The translations under genes were made by a program, and so were the position numbers. A stretch of 63,437 bases of DNA, filler included, from Chiloscyllium plagiosum (taxonomy: Eukaryota): assembly GCF_004010195.1 (NCBI RefSeq). It is 7 parts of one record of this genome, joined end to end, with 100 filler letters (N's around TTAATTAATTAA, not from the genome) between each part and the next. Parts side by side here need not be neighbours in the genome. Positions count along the whole stretch, not along the records: positions 46,733 to 53,648 come from NC_057716.1; positions 53,749 to 60,888 come from NC_057716.1; 5 more parts are not named here. One strand, written 5' to 3'. Under the pieces are notes generated by a model, which made no database searches, was not told where the DNA came from, and saw nothing but the letters and a program-made list of their open reading frames with translations. Position 1 is the first letter of the stretch, and every line of letters starts with the position of its first letter. Positions 46,733 to 59,897 of this stretch are shown here, in pieces.

Positions 46733-49687
46733 CCTGGCACCAGGGAGGCAACGTACCTTCCAGGAATCCTGTTCCTGTCCAAAAAATCTCCTGTCAATCC
46801 ATCTAACTATTGAGTCCCCTACCACTAGCGCTTATCTATTCTTCCCCCCTTTCCCTTCTGAGCCACAGTGCCAGGCTCAGTACCAGAGACCTGACAAGAT
46901 TAGATTAGATTCCCTACAGTGTGGAAACAGGCCCTTCGGCCCAACCAGTCCACATCGACTCTCCGAAGAGCAACCCACCCAGACCCATTTCCCCCTGAAA
47001 ATGCACCTAACACTGGGCAATTTATCATGGCCAATTCACATGACATGCACAGCTTTGGATTGTGGGAGGGAACTGGAGCACCCGAGGAAACCCACACAGT
47101 CACGGGGAGAATGTGTAAACTCCACACAGAGAGTCGCCCGAGGCTGGAATCAAACCGGGGACCCTGGTGCTGTGAGGCTGAAGTGCTAACCACTGAGTCA
47201 CTGTGCCACCCAACTATGGCTTTCCCCTGGTAGGCTGTCCCCACCAGCAGTATCCAAAACAGTATACTTATTGCTGAGGGGAACGGCCACAGGGGATCTC
47301 TGCTCTATCTGTTGGTTCCCTTTCCTCCCCCTGACTATAGTATGAGTACTATAGTTGGGTCAGTTTTTGTCCAGTGTGTGCAGGAGGGCTTCCTGACACA
47401 GTATGTAGACAGGCCAACAAGGGGTGAAGCCACATTAGATTTGGTACTGGGTAATGAGCCCGGCCAGATGTTAGACTTGGACGTAAGTGAGTACTTTGGT
47501 GATAGCGATCACAATTCTGTTATGTTTACTTTAATGATAGAAAGGGATGGGTGTATACCACTGGGTAAGAGTTACAGCTGGGGGAAGGGAAATTACAATG
47601 TGATTAGGCAAGATTTAGGAAGCATGGGATGGGGAAGGAAACTGCAGGGGATGGGCACATTAGAAATGTGGAGCTTATTCAAGGAAAAGCTCCTGTGTGT
47701 CCTAGATAAGTATGTACCTGTCAGGCAGGGAGGAAGCTGTGGAGCGCAGGAGCCGTGGTTTACGAAGAAAGTGGAATCTCTGATCAAGAAGAAGAAGGCG
47801 GCTTATGTTAGGATGAGATGTGAAGGCTCAGTTAGGGCGCTTGAGGATTACAAGGTAGCCAGGAAAGACCTAAAGAGAGAGCTCAGAAGAGCAAGGAGGA
47901 GACATGAGAAGTTGTTGGCAGATAGGAAGCCCTAAGGCTTTCTATAGGTATTTAAGGAATAAAAGAATGACGAGAGTAAGATTAGGGCCAATCAAGGATA
48001 GTAGTGGGAAGTTGTGTGTGGAGTCAGAGGAGATAGGGGAAGCACTAAATGAATATTTTTCAACAGTATTCACTCTAGAAAACGACAATGTTGTCGAGGA
48101 GAATACTGAGATACAGGCTACTAGACTGGGGTGGGATTGAGGTTCACAAGGAAGAGGTATTAGAAATCCTGCAGAGTGTGAAAATAGATAAGTCCCCTGG
48201 GCCAGATGGGATTTATCCTAGGATCCTCTGGGAAGCCAGGGAGGAGATTGTCGAGCCTTTGGCATTGATCTTCAAATCGTCATTGCATACAGGAATAATG
48301 CCAGAAGACTGGAGGATCGCAAATGTGGTTCCCCTGTTCAAGAAGGGGAGTAGAGACAACCCTGGTAATTATAGACCAGTGAGCCTTACTTCAGTTGTTG
48401 GTAAAGTGTTGGAAAAGGTTATAAGAGATAGGACTTATAATCATCTGAAAAAGAATAATTCGATGAGGGATAGTCAGCACGGTTTTGAGAAAGGTAGATT
48501 GTGCCTCACAAACCTCATTGAGTTCTTTGAGAAGGTGACCAAACAGGTAGATGAGAGTAAACCGGTTGATGTGGTGTATATGGATTTCAGCAAGGCGTTC
48601 GATGAGGTTCCCCACAGTAGGCTATCGTACAAAATGCGGAGGAATGGGATTGTAGGAGATATTGCAGTTTGGATCAGTAATTGGCTTGCTGAAAGAAAAC
48701 AGAGGGTGGTGGTTGATGGGAAATGTTCATCCTGGAGACAGTTACCAGTGGTGTACCGCAAGGGTTGGTGTTGGGTCCACTGCTATTCATCATTTTTATA
48801 AACGACCTGGATGAGGCTGAAGAAAGGTGGGTTAGTAAATTTGCAGATGACACTAAAGTCAGTGGAGTTGTGGATATTGACGTAGGATGTTGTAGGTTAT
48901 GGAGAGACATAGATAANNNNNNNNNNNNNNNNNNNNNNNNNNNNNNNNNNNNNNNNNNNNNNNNNNNNNNNNNNNNNNNNNNNNNNNNNNNNNNNNNNNN
49001 NNNNNNNNNNNNNNNNNNNNNNNNNNNNNNNNNNNNNNNNNNNNNNNNNNNNNNNNNNNNNNNNNNNNNNNNNNNNNNNNNNNNNNNNNNNNNNNNNNNN
49101 NNNNNNNNNNNNNNNNNNNNNNNNNNNNNNNNNNNNNNNNNNNNNNNNNNNNNNNNNNNNNNNNNNNNNNNNNNNNNNNNNNNNNNNNNNNNNNNNNNNN
49201 NNNNNNNNNNNNNNNNNNNNNNNNNNNNNNNNNNNNNNNNNNNNNNNNNNNNNNNNNNNNNNNNNNNNNNNNNNNNNNNNNNNNNNNNNNNNNNNNNNNN
49301 NNNNNNNNNNNNNNNNNNNNNNNNNNNNNNNNNNNNNNNNNNNNNNNNNNNNNNNNNNNNNNNNNNNNNNNNNNNNNNNNNNAGAGGGTTAGATAGGGTG
49401 GACAGGGAGAGCCTTTTCCAAGTATGCATAGCTTTAAATTGAGGGGTGATAGATATAGAATAGATGTCAGAGGTAGTTTCTTTACTCAGAGAGTAGTGGG
49501 GTATGGAATGCTTTGCCTGCAAAGGTAGTAAATTCACCAACTTTAAGTACATTTGAGTCGTCATTGGACAAGCATATGGATGTACATGGAATAGTGTAGG
49601 CTAGATGGGCTTCAGTTTGGTATGGCAGGGTGGCTCAACATCGAGGGCCGAAGGGCCTGTACTGCGCTGTAATGTTCTATGTTCTAT
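46733..49687. mobile_element. CR1: ORF1 piece (- 46733-47340, with SINE insert) joined to ORF2 (+ 47340-49687)
   Basis: FLTQYVDRPTRGEATLDLVL..GDSDH (APE end), [61 protein letters not shown]; tail ttctatgttctatg. Confidence 0.9.
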
Positions 49688-49853
49688 GACAGTAACCTAG
49701 CTGTCCTTATCCTGTGTCTGGGGAGTGACCACCTCCCTGTACATCCTCTCAATTTCCCCTTCAGCCTCCCAGATGATCCGTAGTTCATCCAGCTCCAGCT
49801 CCAGTTCCCCAACTCGGTTTCCGAGGAGCTGGAGTTGGGTGCACTTCCCGCAA

Positions 49854-51485
49854 ATGTAGTCGGCAGAGACATGTGAAGTGTCTCTCATCTGCCACATTCT
49901 GCAGGAGGAACACGCAACTGCCCTGACATCCATATCCTGCTGCCCTGAAAGCCCACTCAGGGCTAAACAAAGGAAGAGAAGAAAAAAAATGAGAAACCTG
50001 AAAACTTACTGAGTTTACAGACTCTTAGTAAGGTTAGAGGAGGTGGGTGGGAGGGATGCCCTACTGTGTAGGGTCACGGGTTTAGATCTCACCTATTTAA
50101 AATCTTCCTGGCAGGCCTCGTTTCTCTCTGCCCTCTCTTCTCGCTCTGTTCCCAGAAGTCCTTCGATCCTCCCTCACATCTCTCGGCAAAATGTTGTTGT
50201 AAAATTTGATCCTTGATCTGATTGTATCTCTGTGGTAGTCTGTTTCCAGTGAAAACCTTGAGTATCTTTTCGACAATCTTTTTAGCAGTGATATTGCATA
50301 ATTAAATGCCCTCTGCAAAACCAGAGGGCACATCCATTATTGTTCAGAAATACTGATTCCCACTTGTTTTTGCAGAAAAATCTTTACAAAATAGGTGGCA
50401 GGTTTACACAGAGGATCTGGATCAGCACAGGTTTGGAGGGCCGAAGGGCCTGTTCCTATGCTGTAATTTTCTTTGTGCTGTGTTGCCTCCCAGATCCCAG
50501 GGTTCGTGATGTCTCGGATTGTGTTTTCGGGATCCTTGAGGGGGAGAAGCAGCCCCAGGTCGTCGTCCACATAGACTCCAACGACATAGGTAGGAAGAAA
50601 GGTGGAGATCTGAGGCAGAAATTCAGGGAGCTAGGGAGGAGGCTTAGAGCTGGATCAAACAGAGTGGTTATGTAGTCGGCAGAGACATGTGAAGTGTCTC
50701 TCATCTGCCACATTCTGCAGGAGGAACACGCAACTGCCCTGACATCCATATCCCGCTGCCCTGAAAGCCCACTCAGGACTAAACAAAGGAAGAGAAGAAA
50801 AAAAATGAGAAACCTGAAAACTTACTGAGTTTACAGACTCTTAGTAAGGTTAGAGGAGGTGGGTGGGAGGGATGCCCTACTGTGTAGGGTCACGGGTTTA
50901 GATCTCACCTATTTAAAATCTTCCTGGCAGGCCTCGTTTCTCTCTGCCCTCTCTTCTCGCTCTGTTCCCAGAAGTCCTTCGATCTTCCCTCACATCTCTC
51001 GGCAAAATGTTGTCGTAAAATTTGATCCTTGATCTGATTGTATCTCTGTGGTAGTCTGTTTCCAGTGAAAACCTTGAGTATCTTTTCGACAATCTTTTTA
51101 GCTGTGATATTGCATAATTAAATGCCCTCTGCAAATCCAGAGGGCACATCCATTATTGTTCAGAAATACTGATTCCCACTTGTTTTTGCAGAAAAATCTT
51201 TACAAAATAGGTGGCAGGTTTACACAGAGGATCTGGATCAGCACAGGCTTGGAGGGCCGAAGGGCCTGTTCCTATGCTGTAATTTTCTTTGTGCTGTGTT
51301 GCCTCCCAGATCCCAGGGTTCGTGATGTCTCGGATTGTGTTTTCGGGATCCTTGAGGGGGAGAAGCAGCCCCAGGTCGTCGTCCACATAGACTCCAACGA
51401 CATAGGTAGGAAGAAAGGTGGAGATCTGAGGCAGAAATTCAGGGAGCTAGGGAGGAGGCTTAAAGTTGGATCAAACAGAGTTGTT
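49854..51485. repeat. Head-to-tail tandem duplication, 816-bp unit (49854-50669 / 50670-51485)
   Basis: Near-identical sequence and ORFs offset by exactly 816 (50097-50333 vs 50913-51149; 50337-50570 vs 51153-51386). The unit is a mosaic of CR1 ORF1 (-), Gypsy integrase (-), a tail fragment and CR1 ORF1 (+). Confidence 0.93.
50175..50380 (-). mobile_element. Ty3/Gypsy integrase remnant (duplicated at ~50991-51196)
   Basis: Minus strand with one frameshift: KTSGNQYF*TIMDVPSGFAEGI*LCNITAKKIVEKILKVFTGNRLP/EIQSDQGSNFTT, matching the rve core (YLLTIMD..RFPEA..IQSDQGSNF). Confidence 0.7.
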
Positions 51486-53648
51486 ATCTTTAGGTTGTTG
51501 TCTGTACAATGTGCTAGAGAGGTGAGGAATAGGACGAGAGAGGAGTTGAATACGTGGCTGCAGGGATGGTGCAAGAGGGAGGGGTTCAGATTCATGGATA
51601 TTTGGAGTTAATTATGGACTAGATGGGACCTCTACAAACAGGATGGTCTACACCTGAACCAGAGGAGTACCAATATCCTGGGGGGATGAAACTAATGCAG
51701 CAGAGGGCTGGGAACCTAAATTGTAGTTCCAGTGTCCAGGTGGTTGAGGGTATTTAGGTCTGAAACAAGGTTTCAAGGTCACAAGAGTCCACAGGCAAGC
51801 AGGAACATGGTTTGAATTGTGTCTACTTCAANNNNNNNNNNNNNNNNNNNNNNNNNNNNNNNNNNNNNNNNNNNNNNNNNNNNNNNNNNNNNNNNNNNNN
51901 NNNNNNNNNNNNNNNNNNNNNNNNNNNNNNNNNNNNNNNNNNNNNNNNNNNNNNNNNNNNNNNNNNNNATTAGACAAGACTTAGGATGCATAGGATGGGC
52001 AAGGATACTGCAGGGGATGGACACAATAGAAATGTGGAACTTATTCAAGGAAGAGCTACTGCGTGTCCTTGACAAGTATGTACCTGTCAGGCAGGGAGGA
52101 AGTGGTCAAACACGGGCGCTGTGGTTTACAAAAGAAGTTGAACCTCTTGTCAAGAGGAAGAAGAAGGCTTACATCAGGATGAGACATGAAGGCTCAGTTA
52201 GGGCGCTTGAGAGTTACAAGCTAGCCAGGAAAGATCGAAAGAGAGAGCTAAGAAGAGCCAGGAGGGGACATGAAAAGTTGCTGGCAGATACAATCAAGGA
52301 AAACCCTAAAGCTTTCTCTGGGTATATCAGGAATAAAAGAATGACTAGAGTAAGATTAGGGCCAGCCAAGGATAGTGGTGGGAAGTTGTGCGTGAAGTCT
52401 AAGGAGATAGGGGAAGCACGAAATGAATATTTTTTGTCAGTATTCGCACTGGAAAAAGACAATGTTATCAAGGACAATACTGAGATGCTGGCTACAAGAC
52501 TAGACAGGATTGAGGTTCACAAGGAGGAGGTGTTAGCAATTCTGGAAAGTTTACAAATAGATAAATCCCCTGGGCCAGATGGGATTTATCCTAGGATTCT
52601 CTGGGAAGGCAGGGAGGAGATTGCAGAGCCTTAGGCTTTGATCTATATGTCATCATTGTCTACAGGAATAGTGCCAGTAGACTGGAGGATAGCAAATGTT
52701 GTTCCCTTGTTCAAGAAGTGGGAGTAAAGACAACTTTGGTAAATATGGACCAGTGAGCCTGACTTTGGTTGTGAGTAAAGTGTTGAAAAGGTTATAAGAG
52801 ATAGAATTTTAATCTTCTAGAGAGGAATAAGTTGATTAGGGATGGTCAACATGGTTTTGTGAAGAGTAGGTTGTGCCTCACAAACCTTATTGAGTTCTTT
52901 GAGAAGGAGACCAAACAGGTGGATGAGGGTAAAGTGGTTGATGTGGTGTATATGGATTTCAGTATGGTGTTCGATAAAGTTGATTGAGGGTGATTTAATG
53001 GTTTGGATCAGAAATTGTCTCGCTGAAAGAAGACTGAGGATGGTGGTTGATAGGAAGTGTTTATCCTGGAACTCTGTTACTGGTGGTGTACAGCAACGAT
53101 CTGTTTTGGGTCCACTGCTATTCGTCATTTTTATAACTGACCCGCTAGATGAAGGTGTAGAGGCATGGGTTAGTAAATTTGCAGATGACATGAAGGTCGG
53201 TGGAGTTGTGGATAGTGCTGAAGGATGTTGCAGGTTACAGAGGGACATAGCTAAGCTGCAAAGCTGGGCTGAGAGGTGGAAAGTAGAGTTTAATGTGGAA
53301 ATGTGTGATGTTATTCACTTTGGAAGGAGTAACAGGAATGATGAGCAGAGAAATCTTGGAGTCCATATACATGGATCCCTGAAAGTTGCTACCCAGGTTG
53401 ATTGGATTCTAAGAAGACATACAGTGTGTTAGCTTTTATCAGTAGAGGGATTGAGTCTTGGAACCATGAGGTAATGCTGCAGCTGTACAAAACTCTAGTG
53501 CGGCTACACTTGGAGAATTGCATATAGTTCTGGTCACCGCATTATAAGAAGGATGTGGAAGCTTTGGAAAGAGTGCAGAGGAGATTTACTAGGATGTTGC
53601 CTGGTATGGAAGGAATGTCTTATGAGGAAAGGCTGAGGGACTTGAGGC
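51300..53648 (+). mobile_element. CR1 ORF1 esterase + ORF2, degenerate (gap 51832-51968)
   Basis: QPQVVVHIDSNDIG..DGLHLN; IKENPKAF..NEYFLSVF..DKSPGPDGIYPRIL; SKFADDMKVGG. Confidence 0.9.
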
Positions 53649-54195
53649 NNNNNNNNNNNNNNNNNNNNNNNNNNNNNNNNNNNNNNNNNNNNTTAATTAA
53701 TTAANNNNNNNNNNNNNNNNNNNNNNNNNNNNNNNNNNNNNNNNNNNNTTGAATGTTGCAATCAGGGAGACCAGAGGATTTTGTGTGACATTTAGGATGT
53801 GGTCTGGGGCCCATATTCACAGTGAATTTAGATCTACAATGTGACTAACAAATGGAGACAGGGGATCATGTGTAAAGAAAAATGAGAGGGTTGTTTCACA
53901 CCAGCACTCACTATTGTTTTCCCAAAACATGTTCCAACCCAAACCAAACACTGCGTGACAGTCTTGAAGGGCTGAATGGTCTCCTATGTTTCAGTGCACA
54001 AGGGACAAGGAACATGTGGCCTCCAACTGCTCCAGTTTAGCAGCTCGGAAAGGCTGAATGGCCTGTTGGGACATTGGACTGAAGAGCACGAATGGGTCAT
54101 TAGACACTTTGACCTTGCTCCAGCAGGCACTAAGATCATGGCTGATCTGTTTGTGGTATCAGCTGCACTTTCCTAGCTGTTGTTCATTATCCCGG

Positions 54196-54345
54196 AGACA
54201 CACACACTCACATACACACACACACACACACACACTTGCATAGACACACACACACACACTCGCATAGACACACACACTTGCATAGACACACACACAGACA
54301 CACTCACATGCACACACACACAGACACACACACACACATACACAG
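54196..54345. repeat. Compound (CA)n microsatellite
   Basis: Interrupted CA runs with recurring gcatagac units. Confidence 0.93.
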
Positions 54346-55208
54346 ATGTCTGAAGAAGAACAGAAAAACTTATCTGCAGCATATCAGCTTGAAAGACCAC
54401 TGTCCAAATAATAGTTGAACTCATATTGAACTTGGGCGGTACGGTGGCTCAGTGGTTAGCACTGCTGTCTCACAGCTCCAGGGACCTAGGTTCAATCCCT
54501 GCCTTGGGTGACTGTGTGGAGTTTGCACGTTCTCCCTGTGTCTGTGTGGGTTTCCTCCAGGTGCTCCGGTTTCCTCCCGACCTCCCAGTCCAACCATGTG
54601 CAGGTCAGGTGAATCGGCCAGGCTAAATTGCCCCATAGTGTTAGGTGAATTAGTTAGGGGTAAATGTAAGGAAATGGGTCTGGGTGGGTTTCTCTTCGGA
54701 GGGTCGGTGGGGACTTGTTGGACCGAATGGCCTGTTTCCATACTGTAGGGAATCTAATCATGACAAAACAAAAATGATAATTGTCCCAAATGTTATTCTG
54801 CCACTGATGTTATTCCACTCACATAAGCTGCTGGCTTTGGGGTTTCCTCCTGAACAGTTGGATTTGGCTGAATTCCCTTTGTGTTGGGCTGTGGGGAGAA
54901 TCTAATGAATCCTGACCAGGAATCCTCCACAAGTGGTAAAGATGACTGATGGATTTTGACCTTTCATAGGTTGCTGGACGGAGGAATACAGAAAGACTAG
55001 GAGCAATAGGCTGTTGCACCTGAAAGTTTTATAAAATCACGAGGAGCATGGGTATGGTGAATAGCCAAAGTCATTTTCCTCGGGGAGGGGAGTCCAAAAC
55101 TAGAGGGCAATGATTTAAGGTGCGAGGGCAAAGATTTAAAACATACCTGAGGGGTAACTGCCTCCCTTAAAATTTTTAAAACTGGATTACAAAACATTGC
55201 AAATTTCA

Positions 55209-56560
55209 AAGTTAAAAATCACACAACACCAGGTTATAGTCCAACGGGTTTAATTGGAAGCACACTAGCTTTCGGAGCGACGCTCCTTCATCAGGTGGTT
55301 GTGGAGGGCTCGATCGTAACACAGAATTTAAAGCAAAAATTTACATTGTGATGTAACTGAAACTATACATTGAAAAATGCCTTGATTGTCTTTCATCTGT
55401 TCGAATACCATGATAGTTTCACTTCTTTCATGTGTAGATCACAAAACCTTTTTTAAAAAGTTGCATTCTCAGGTTAGCTGTTAACAATGGGTGATAGCTA
55501 GACAATATGTTGAAGGTGTTAGCCCCCTGTGTTCTCTGTCTGTGCCATGATGTTTAGATTGATTCTAATCTAAAAAGTGAGATAACGGATTTTTACATGA
55601 ATGCATGCAGTTTTTGAGCAAAGTACAATGTAACTCTGCAAGTACAAACTCACCCCACAAAATATATGTGCGCATGTGGGTCTTTGTCTGTCTCTGTGTG
55701 TCTGTCTGCGTTGGGGGTTGTGATTGTGAGAAAGTGTATGTATGTGTGTGTAGTGAGTGCAGAGTGTCTTAAGTCTATGAGGGGGTGCATGTGTGAGTGT
55801 GGGAGAGCGCGTGTCTGTGTGCGCATCTATGTATGTGTGTCCGTGTGTATAGGAGTGGTTTATGTCATGGCCGCAGTTGGAGATGAAGAGATCAAGGGTG
55901 GGTAACAGGCCAGCATGGGCTGTCCAGGTGAATGGGGTGTATTGGAGGCAGGAGCAGAGGTTCTCGGTGGGTGGGCAGGAGTCTTGATTGAAAAAGTGGG
56001 CCCGAAGGTGGAGGCAGCGGAAGAAACTTTCAATGTCGCAATGTGTATCGAACTCATTAATCCAGGAGCATAGAGAGATGAAGGTGAGGTCTCTGCTGAG
56101 GAAAGAACATTAATCCTCTCTAAGGGGGAGGTTGGAGGCAATTGTAAAAACACGGCAGGGCTTGGAGCTAGGACCTAGTGTCGGGCAGGACCTGAGAGTG
56201 GGGGCAGAGACTGCCACTGGAGTGGGCGTGGTTTTGGGGGTCAGGACTGACATCACCGTGGGAGGGCAGAAGTAGCTGCGGTGCTGGCACTTGCGAGGGC
56301 GGAAATGATGCAATGCATGGTGTCATCTGAGTTTCTGTGAGTGGTGTCACTCTTGGCCGAAGTGACGTCGACGATGTAGTCGTTGGTGTTCTGGTGAGTG
56401 ATGTCTTTGGGGACGAAAGTGGCTGAGGCAGTGGCAACTGCCTGGGTGGAAGTGATGTACAGGATAGGTATCGCGTTGGTGCCAGCAGTGGTGGATCCTG
56501 TGGTGGCTGTGGATCCTATGGTGGTCGTGGCAGACTAACACCGCAGTGCATGAGATTAAT
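55209..56560 (-). mobile_element. Penelope-like element remnants: family B terminal repeat/UTR and a degenerate PLE ORF N-terminus
   Basis: Terminus aagttaaaaatcacacaacaccaggttatagtccaac with a hammerhead. Minus strand ~55860-56160 reads PCRVFTIASNLPLRED*CSFLSRDLTFISL..DIESFFRCLHLRAHFF..WT..LDLFISNC (PLE N-terminal L.KGL.F.P / F.R.LRL..FF pattern). Confidence 0.7.
55263..55297 (-). ncRNA. Minimal hammerhead ribozyme motif (PLE family B)
   Basis: Reverse complement: CAC-CUGAUGA-A-GGAGC-guc-GCUCC-GAAA-GCUA^GUG. Stem I CAC/GUG, 5-bp stem II, palindromic AGCU, CUA (NUH) triplet. Confidence 0.75.
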
Positions 56561-56578
56561 GTTGAGATTGCTGCTCTG

Positions 56579-56840
56579 ATAAAACAACAGCCCTACGGAC
56601 TTAATCCTCTCCAAGTAGCACAGATTCAGAAGGAAATGGAAGCGATGCTCCAAGAAGACAACGTAGAGACGAGGCAAAGCTAATGGAGGTTGACAGTCAT
56701 GTTGGTTCCCAAGCCTAATGGTACTCTACAATTCTGCACATATTATTGGAAGTTCAACACTGTGACCAAGTCTGACCCATTTTCAAGACTGGAGGATTGT
56801 GTAGCCAACTACATCATAAAGTTGGACTTACTTCGTGGGA
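56579..56840 (+). mobile_element. Ty3/Gypsy reverse transcriptase N-terminal remnant
   Basis: IKQQPYGLNP..IQKEMEAMLQED.VE..S*W...MLVPKPNGTLQFC.YYWKFNTVTKSDPF.RLEDCV..YIIKLDLLRG (cf. PYR..SPW.SP..LV.KPDG..RFC.DYRKLN..LDL..G). Confidence 0.75.
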
Positions 56841-57477
56841 AATGCTGCATACAGCAGTGAGAGTGGTGGAGCATGAGTCTTGTTCAGGGGAAGGTAATAT
56901 AACAGATATGCAGTGAGGGAGCGGAGAAAATACAGTGATGCTGATCCTGGCAGAGCGGGGAAGGTTATTGTTCCTTGTCTTGCATTGCTGGACATTCCTT
57001 CAGACCACAGATGCTGCACTGAGCTGGGTGGTGAGCCCAGACCATGCTTGGTCAGTTTGGTAATGTGGCCTCCTCTGGGAAGAGAATAGTCCCCCTCTGT
57101 ACTCACCCATTCACCAGGACCTCCATGCCTCTGTCAATAAATCATGGTGAAATATCCCTTTATCTGCCATGCTCAGAGTAAACCATGCAGGGCTGCTTCA
57201 CAATGAGAAAGCTCAACCATGTGCCCATTGGCCTTTTTAAGGTGACACAAGTGGTAGAGATAATGGAATATCCGGGGGCATCCAGCAGGGGCATCCATGG
57301 TGGGTGGGAGAATTGGGCTGGCATTGACTAAGAGCCAGGATGGGTGGGGTAGGTAGCTAATGAGGCAAGTTGGATAAGAGAGTACCAGAAAACTAATCCT
57401 CTGTCACATGAAATGAAAATGACACCGAGACAAAGTATTGTTCGATTCAGTCCAATTAGTCAAAGATTGTGCTAAGG

Positions 57478-59897
57478 CAAATGTGAGGACTGCAGATGCT
57501 GGAAAACAGAGTTTAGGTCAGAGTGGTGCTGGCAAAGCACAGCAGGTCAGGCAGCATCCGAGCAGCAGGAAAATCGACGTTTTGGGCAAAAACCTTTCAT
57601 CAGGAATAGAGGCAGGAAGCCTCCAGGGGGGAGAGATAAATGGGGGGTGGGGCTGGGGAGAAGGGAGCAATGAGTGCAGTAGGTGAATGGGGTGGGGATG
57701 AAGGTGATAGGTCGGAGAGGAGGGTGGAGTGGATAGGTGGGAAGGGAGATAGGCAGGTAGGACAGGTCATGAGGGCGGTGCTGAGCTGGAAGGTTGGAGC
57801 TGGGNNNNNNNNNNNNNNNNNNNNNNNNNNNNNNNNNNNNNNNNNNNNNNNNNNNNNNNNNNNNNNNNNNNNNNNNNNNNNNNNNNNNNNNNNNNNNNNN
57901 NNNNNNNNNNNNNNNNNNNNNNNNNNNNNNNNNNNNNNNNNNNNNNNNNNNNNNNNNNNNNNNNNNNNNNNNNNNNNNNNNNNNNNNNNNNNNNNNNNNN
58001 NNNNNNNNNNNNNNNNNNNNNNNNNNNNNNNNNNNNNNNNNNNNNNNNNNNNNNNNNNNNNNNNNNNNNNNNNNNNNNNNNNNNNNNNNNNNNNNNNNNN
58101 NNNNNNNNNNNNNNNNNNNNNNNNNNNNNNNNNNNNNNNNNNNNNNNNNNNNNNNNNNNNNNNNNNNNNNNNNNNNNNNNNNNNNNNNNNNNNNNNNNNN
58201 NNNNNNNNNNNNNNNNNNNNNNNNNNNNNNNNNNNNNNNNNNNNNNNNNNNNNNNNNNNNNNNNNNNNNNNNNNNNNNNNNNNNNNNNNNNNNNNNNNNN
58301 NNNNNNNNNNNNNNNNNNNNNNNNNNNNNNNNNNNNNNNNNNNNNNNNNNNNNNNNNNNNNNNNNNNNNNNNNNNNNNNNNNNNNNNNNNNNNNNNNNNN
58401 NNNNNNNNNNNNNNNNNNNNNNNNNNNNNNNNNNNNNNNNNNNNNNNNNNNNNNNNNNNNNNNNNNNNNNNNNNNNNNNNNNNNNNNNNNNNNNNNNNNN
58501 NNNNNNNNNNNNNNNNNNNNNNNNNNNNNNNNNNNNNNNNNNNNNNNNNNNNNNNNNNNNNNNNNNNNNNNNNNNNNNNNNNNNNNNNNNNNNNNNNNNN
58601 NNNNNNNNNNNNNNNNNNNNNNNNNNNNNNNNNNNNNNNNNNNNNNNNNNNNNNNNNNNNNNNNNNNNNNNNNNNNNNNNNNNNNNNNNNNNNNNNNNNN
58701 NNNNNNNNNNNNNNNNNNNNNCACTCTCATTCGTTTGGCCGGACTGGTCCTCACCCTTAACAATTTCTCCTTTGAATCCTCCCACTTCCTCCAGACCAAA
58801 GGGGTAGCCATGGGCACACGTATGGGCCCCAGCTATGCCTGTCTTTTTGTTGGCTACGTAGAGCAGTTGATCTTCCGTAGTTACACCGGCACCACTCCCC
58901 ACCTCTTCCTCCGCTACATTGATGACTGCATTGGCGCCACCTCGTGCTCCCGCGAGGAGGTTGAGCAATTCATCAACTTCACCAACACATTCCACCCTGA
59001 CCTTAAATTCACCTGGACCTTCTCTGACACCTCCCTCCCCTTCATGGACCTCTCCATCCCCATTAATGACAACCAACTTCACACTAACATTTTTTACAAA
59101 CCCACCGACTCCCACAGCTACCTGGATTACACCTCTTCCCACCCTACCTCCTGCAAAAATGCCATCCCGTATTCCCAATTCTCCCGCCTCCACCGTATCT
59201 GCTCCCAGGAGGACCAATTCCACCATAGAACACATCAGATGGCCTCCTTCTTTAGAGATCACCATTTCCCTTCTCATGTTTTTGAAGATGCCCTCCTACG
59301 CATCTCATCCACATCCTGCACCTCTGCCCTCAAACTCCACCCCTCCAATCGTAACAAGGACAGAACCCCCCCGGTGCTCACCTTCCATCCTACCAATCTT
59401 CACATAAACCAAATCATCCGCCGACATTTCCGCCACCTCCAAAAAGACCCCACCACCAGGGATATATTTCCCACCCAACCCCTTTCCGCCTTCCGCAAAG
59501 ACCGTTCCCTCCGTGACGACCTGGTCAGGTGCACGCCCCCCGACAACCCACCCTCCCATCCTGGCACTTTCCCTTGCCACCGCAGGAACTGTAAAACCTG
59601 TGCCCACACCTCCTCCCTCACCTCTATCCAAGGCCCTAAAGAAGCCTTCCACATCCATCAAAGTTTTACCTGCACATCCACGAATATCATTTATTATATC
59701 CGTTGCTCCCGATGCGTTCTCCTCTACATTGGGGAGACTGGGCGCCTCCAAGCAGAGTGCTTCCACTCCACCCTCCCCTCTGACCTATCACCTCCATCCC
59801 CACCCCAATTCACCTATTGTACTCTTTGCTACCTTCTCCCCAGCCGCAGCCACCCATTTATCTTTCCACCCTGGAGGCTCCCTGCCTCCATTCCTGA
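57478..59897 (+). mobile_element. Penelope-like element family A: inverted 5' terminal repeat, RT + GIY-YIG ORF (58722-~59760), 3' UTR
   Basis: About 345 open codons: LVLTLNNFSF..QTKGVAMGTRMGPSYACLF..RYIDDCIG..FYKPTDSHSYLDYTSSHP..IPYSQF..PCHRRNCKTC..FTCTSTNIIYYIRCSRCVLLYIGETGR. The 3' UTR runs into attcctga (hammerhead start) at the gap. Segment 57478-57804 is the same terminus in inverted orientation. Confidence 0.93.

Noticed and set aside
50097..50333. Duplicated 78-aa Arg-rich ORF as a novel gene
   Set aside because: It is an off-frame reading of the Gypsy integrase remnant inside the 816-bp duplication.
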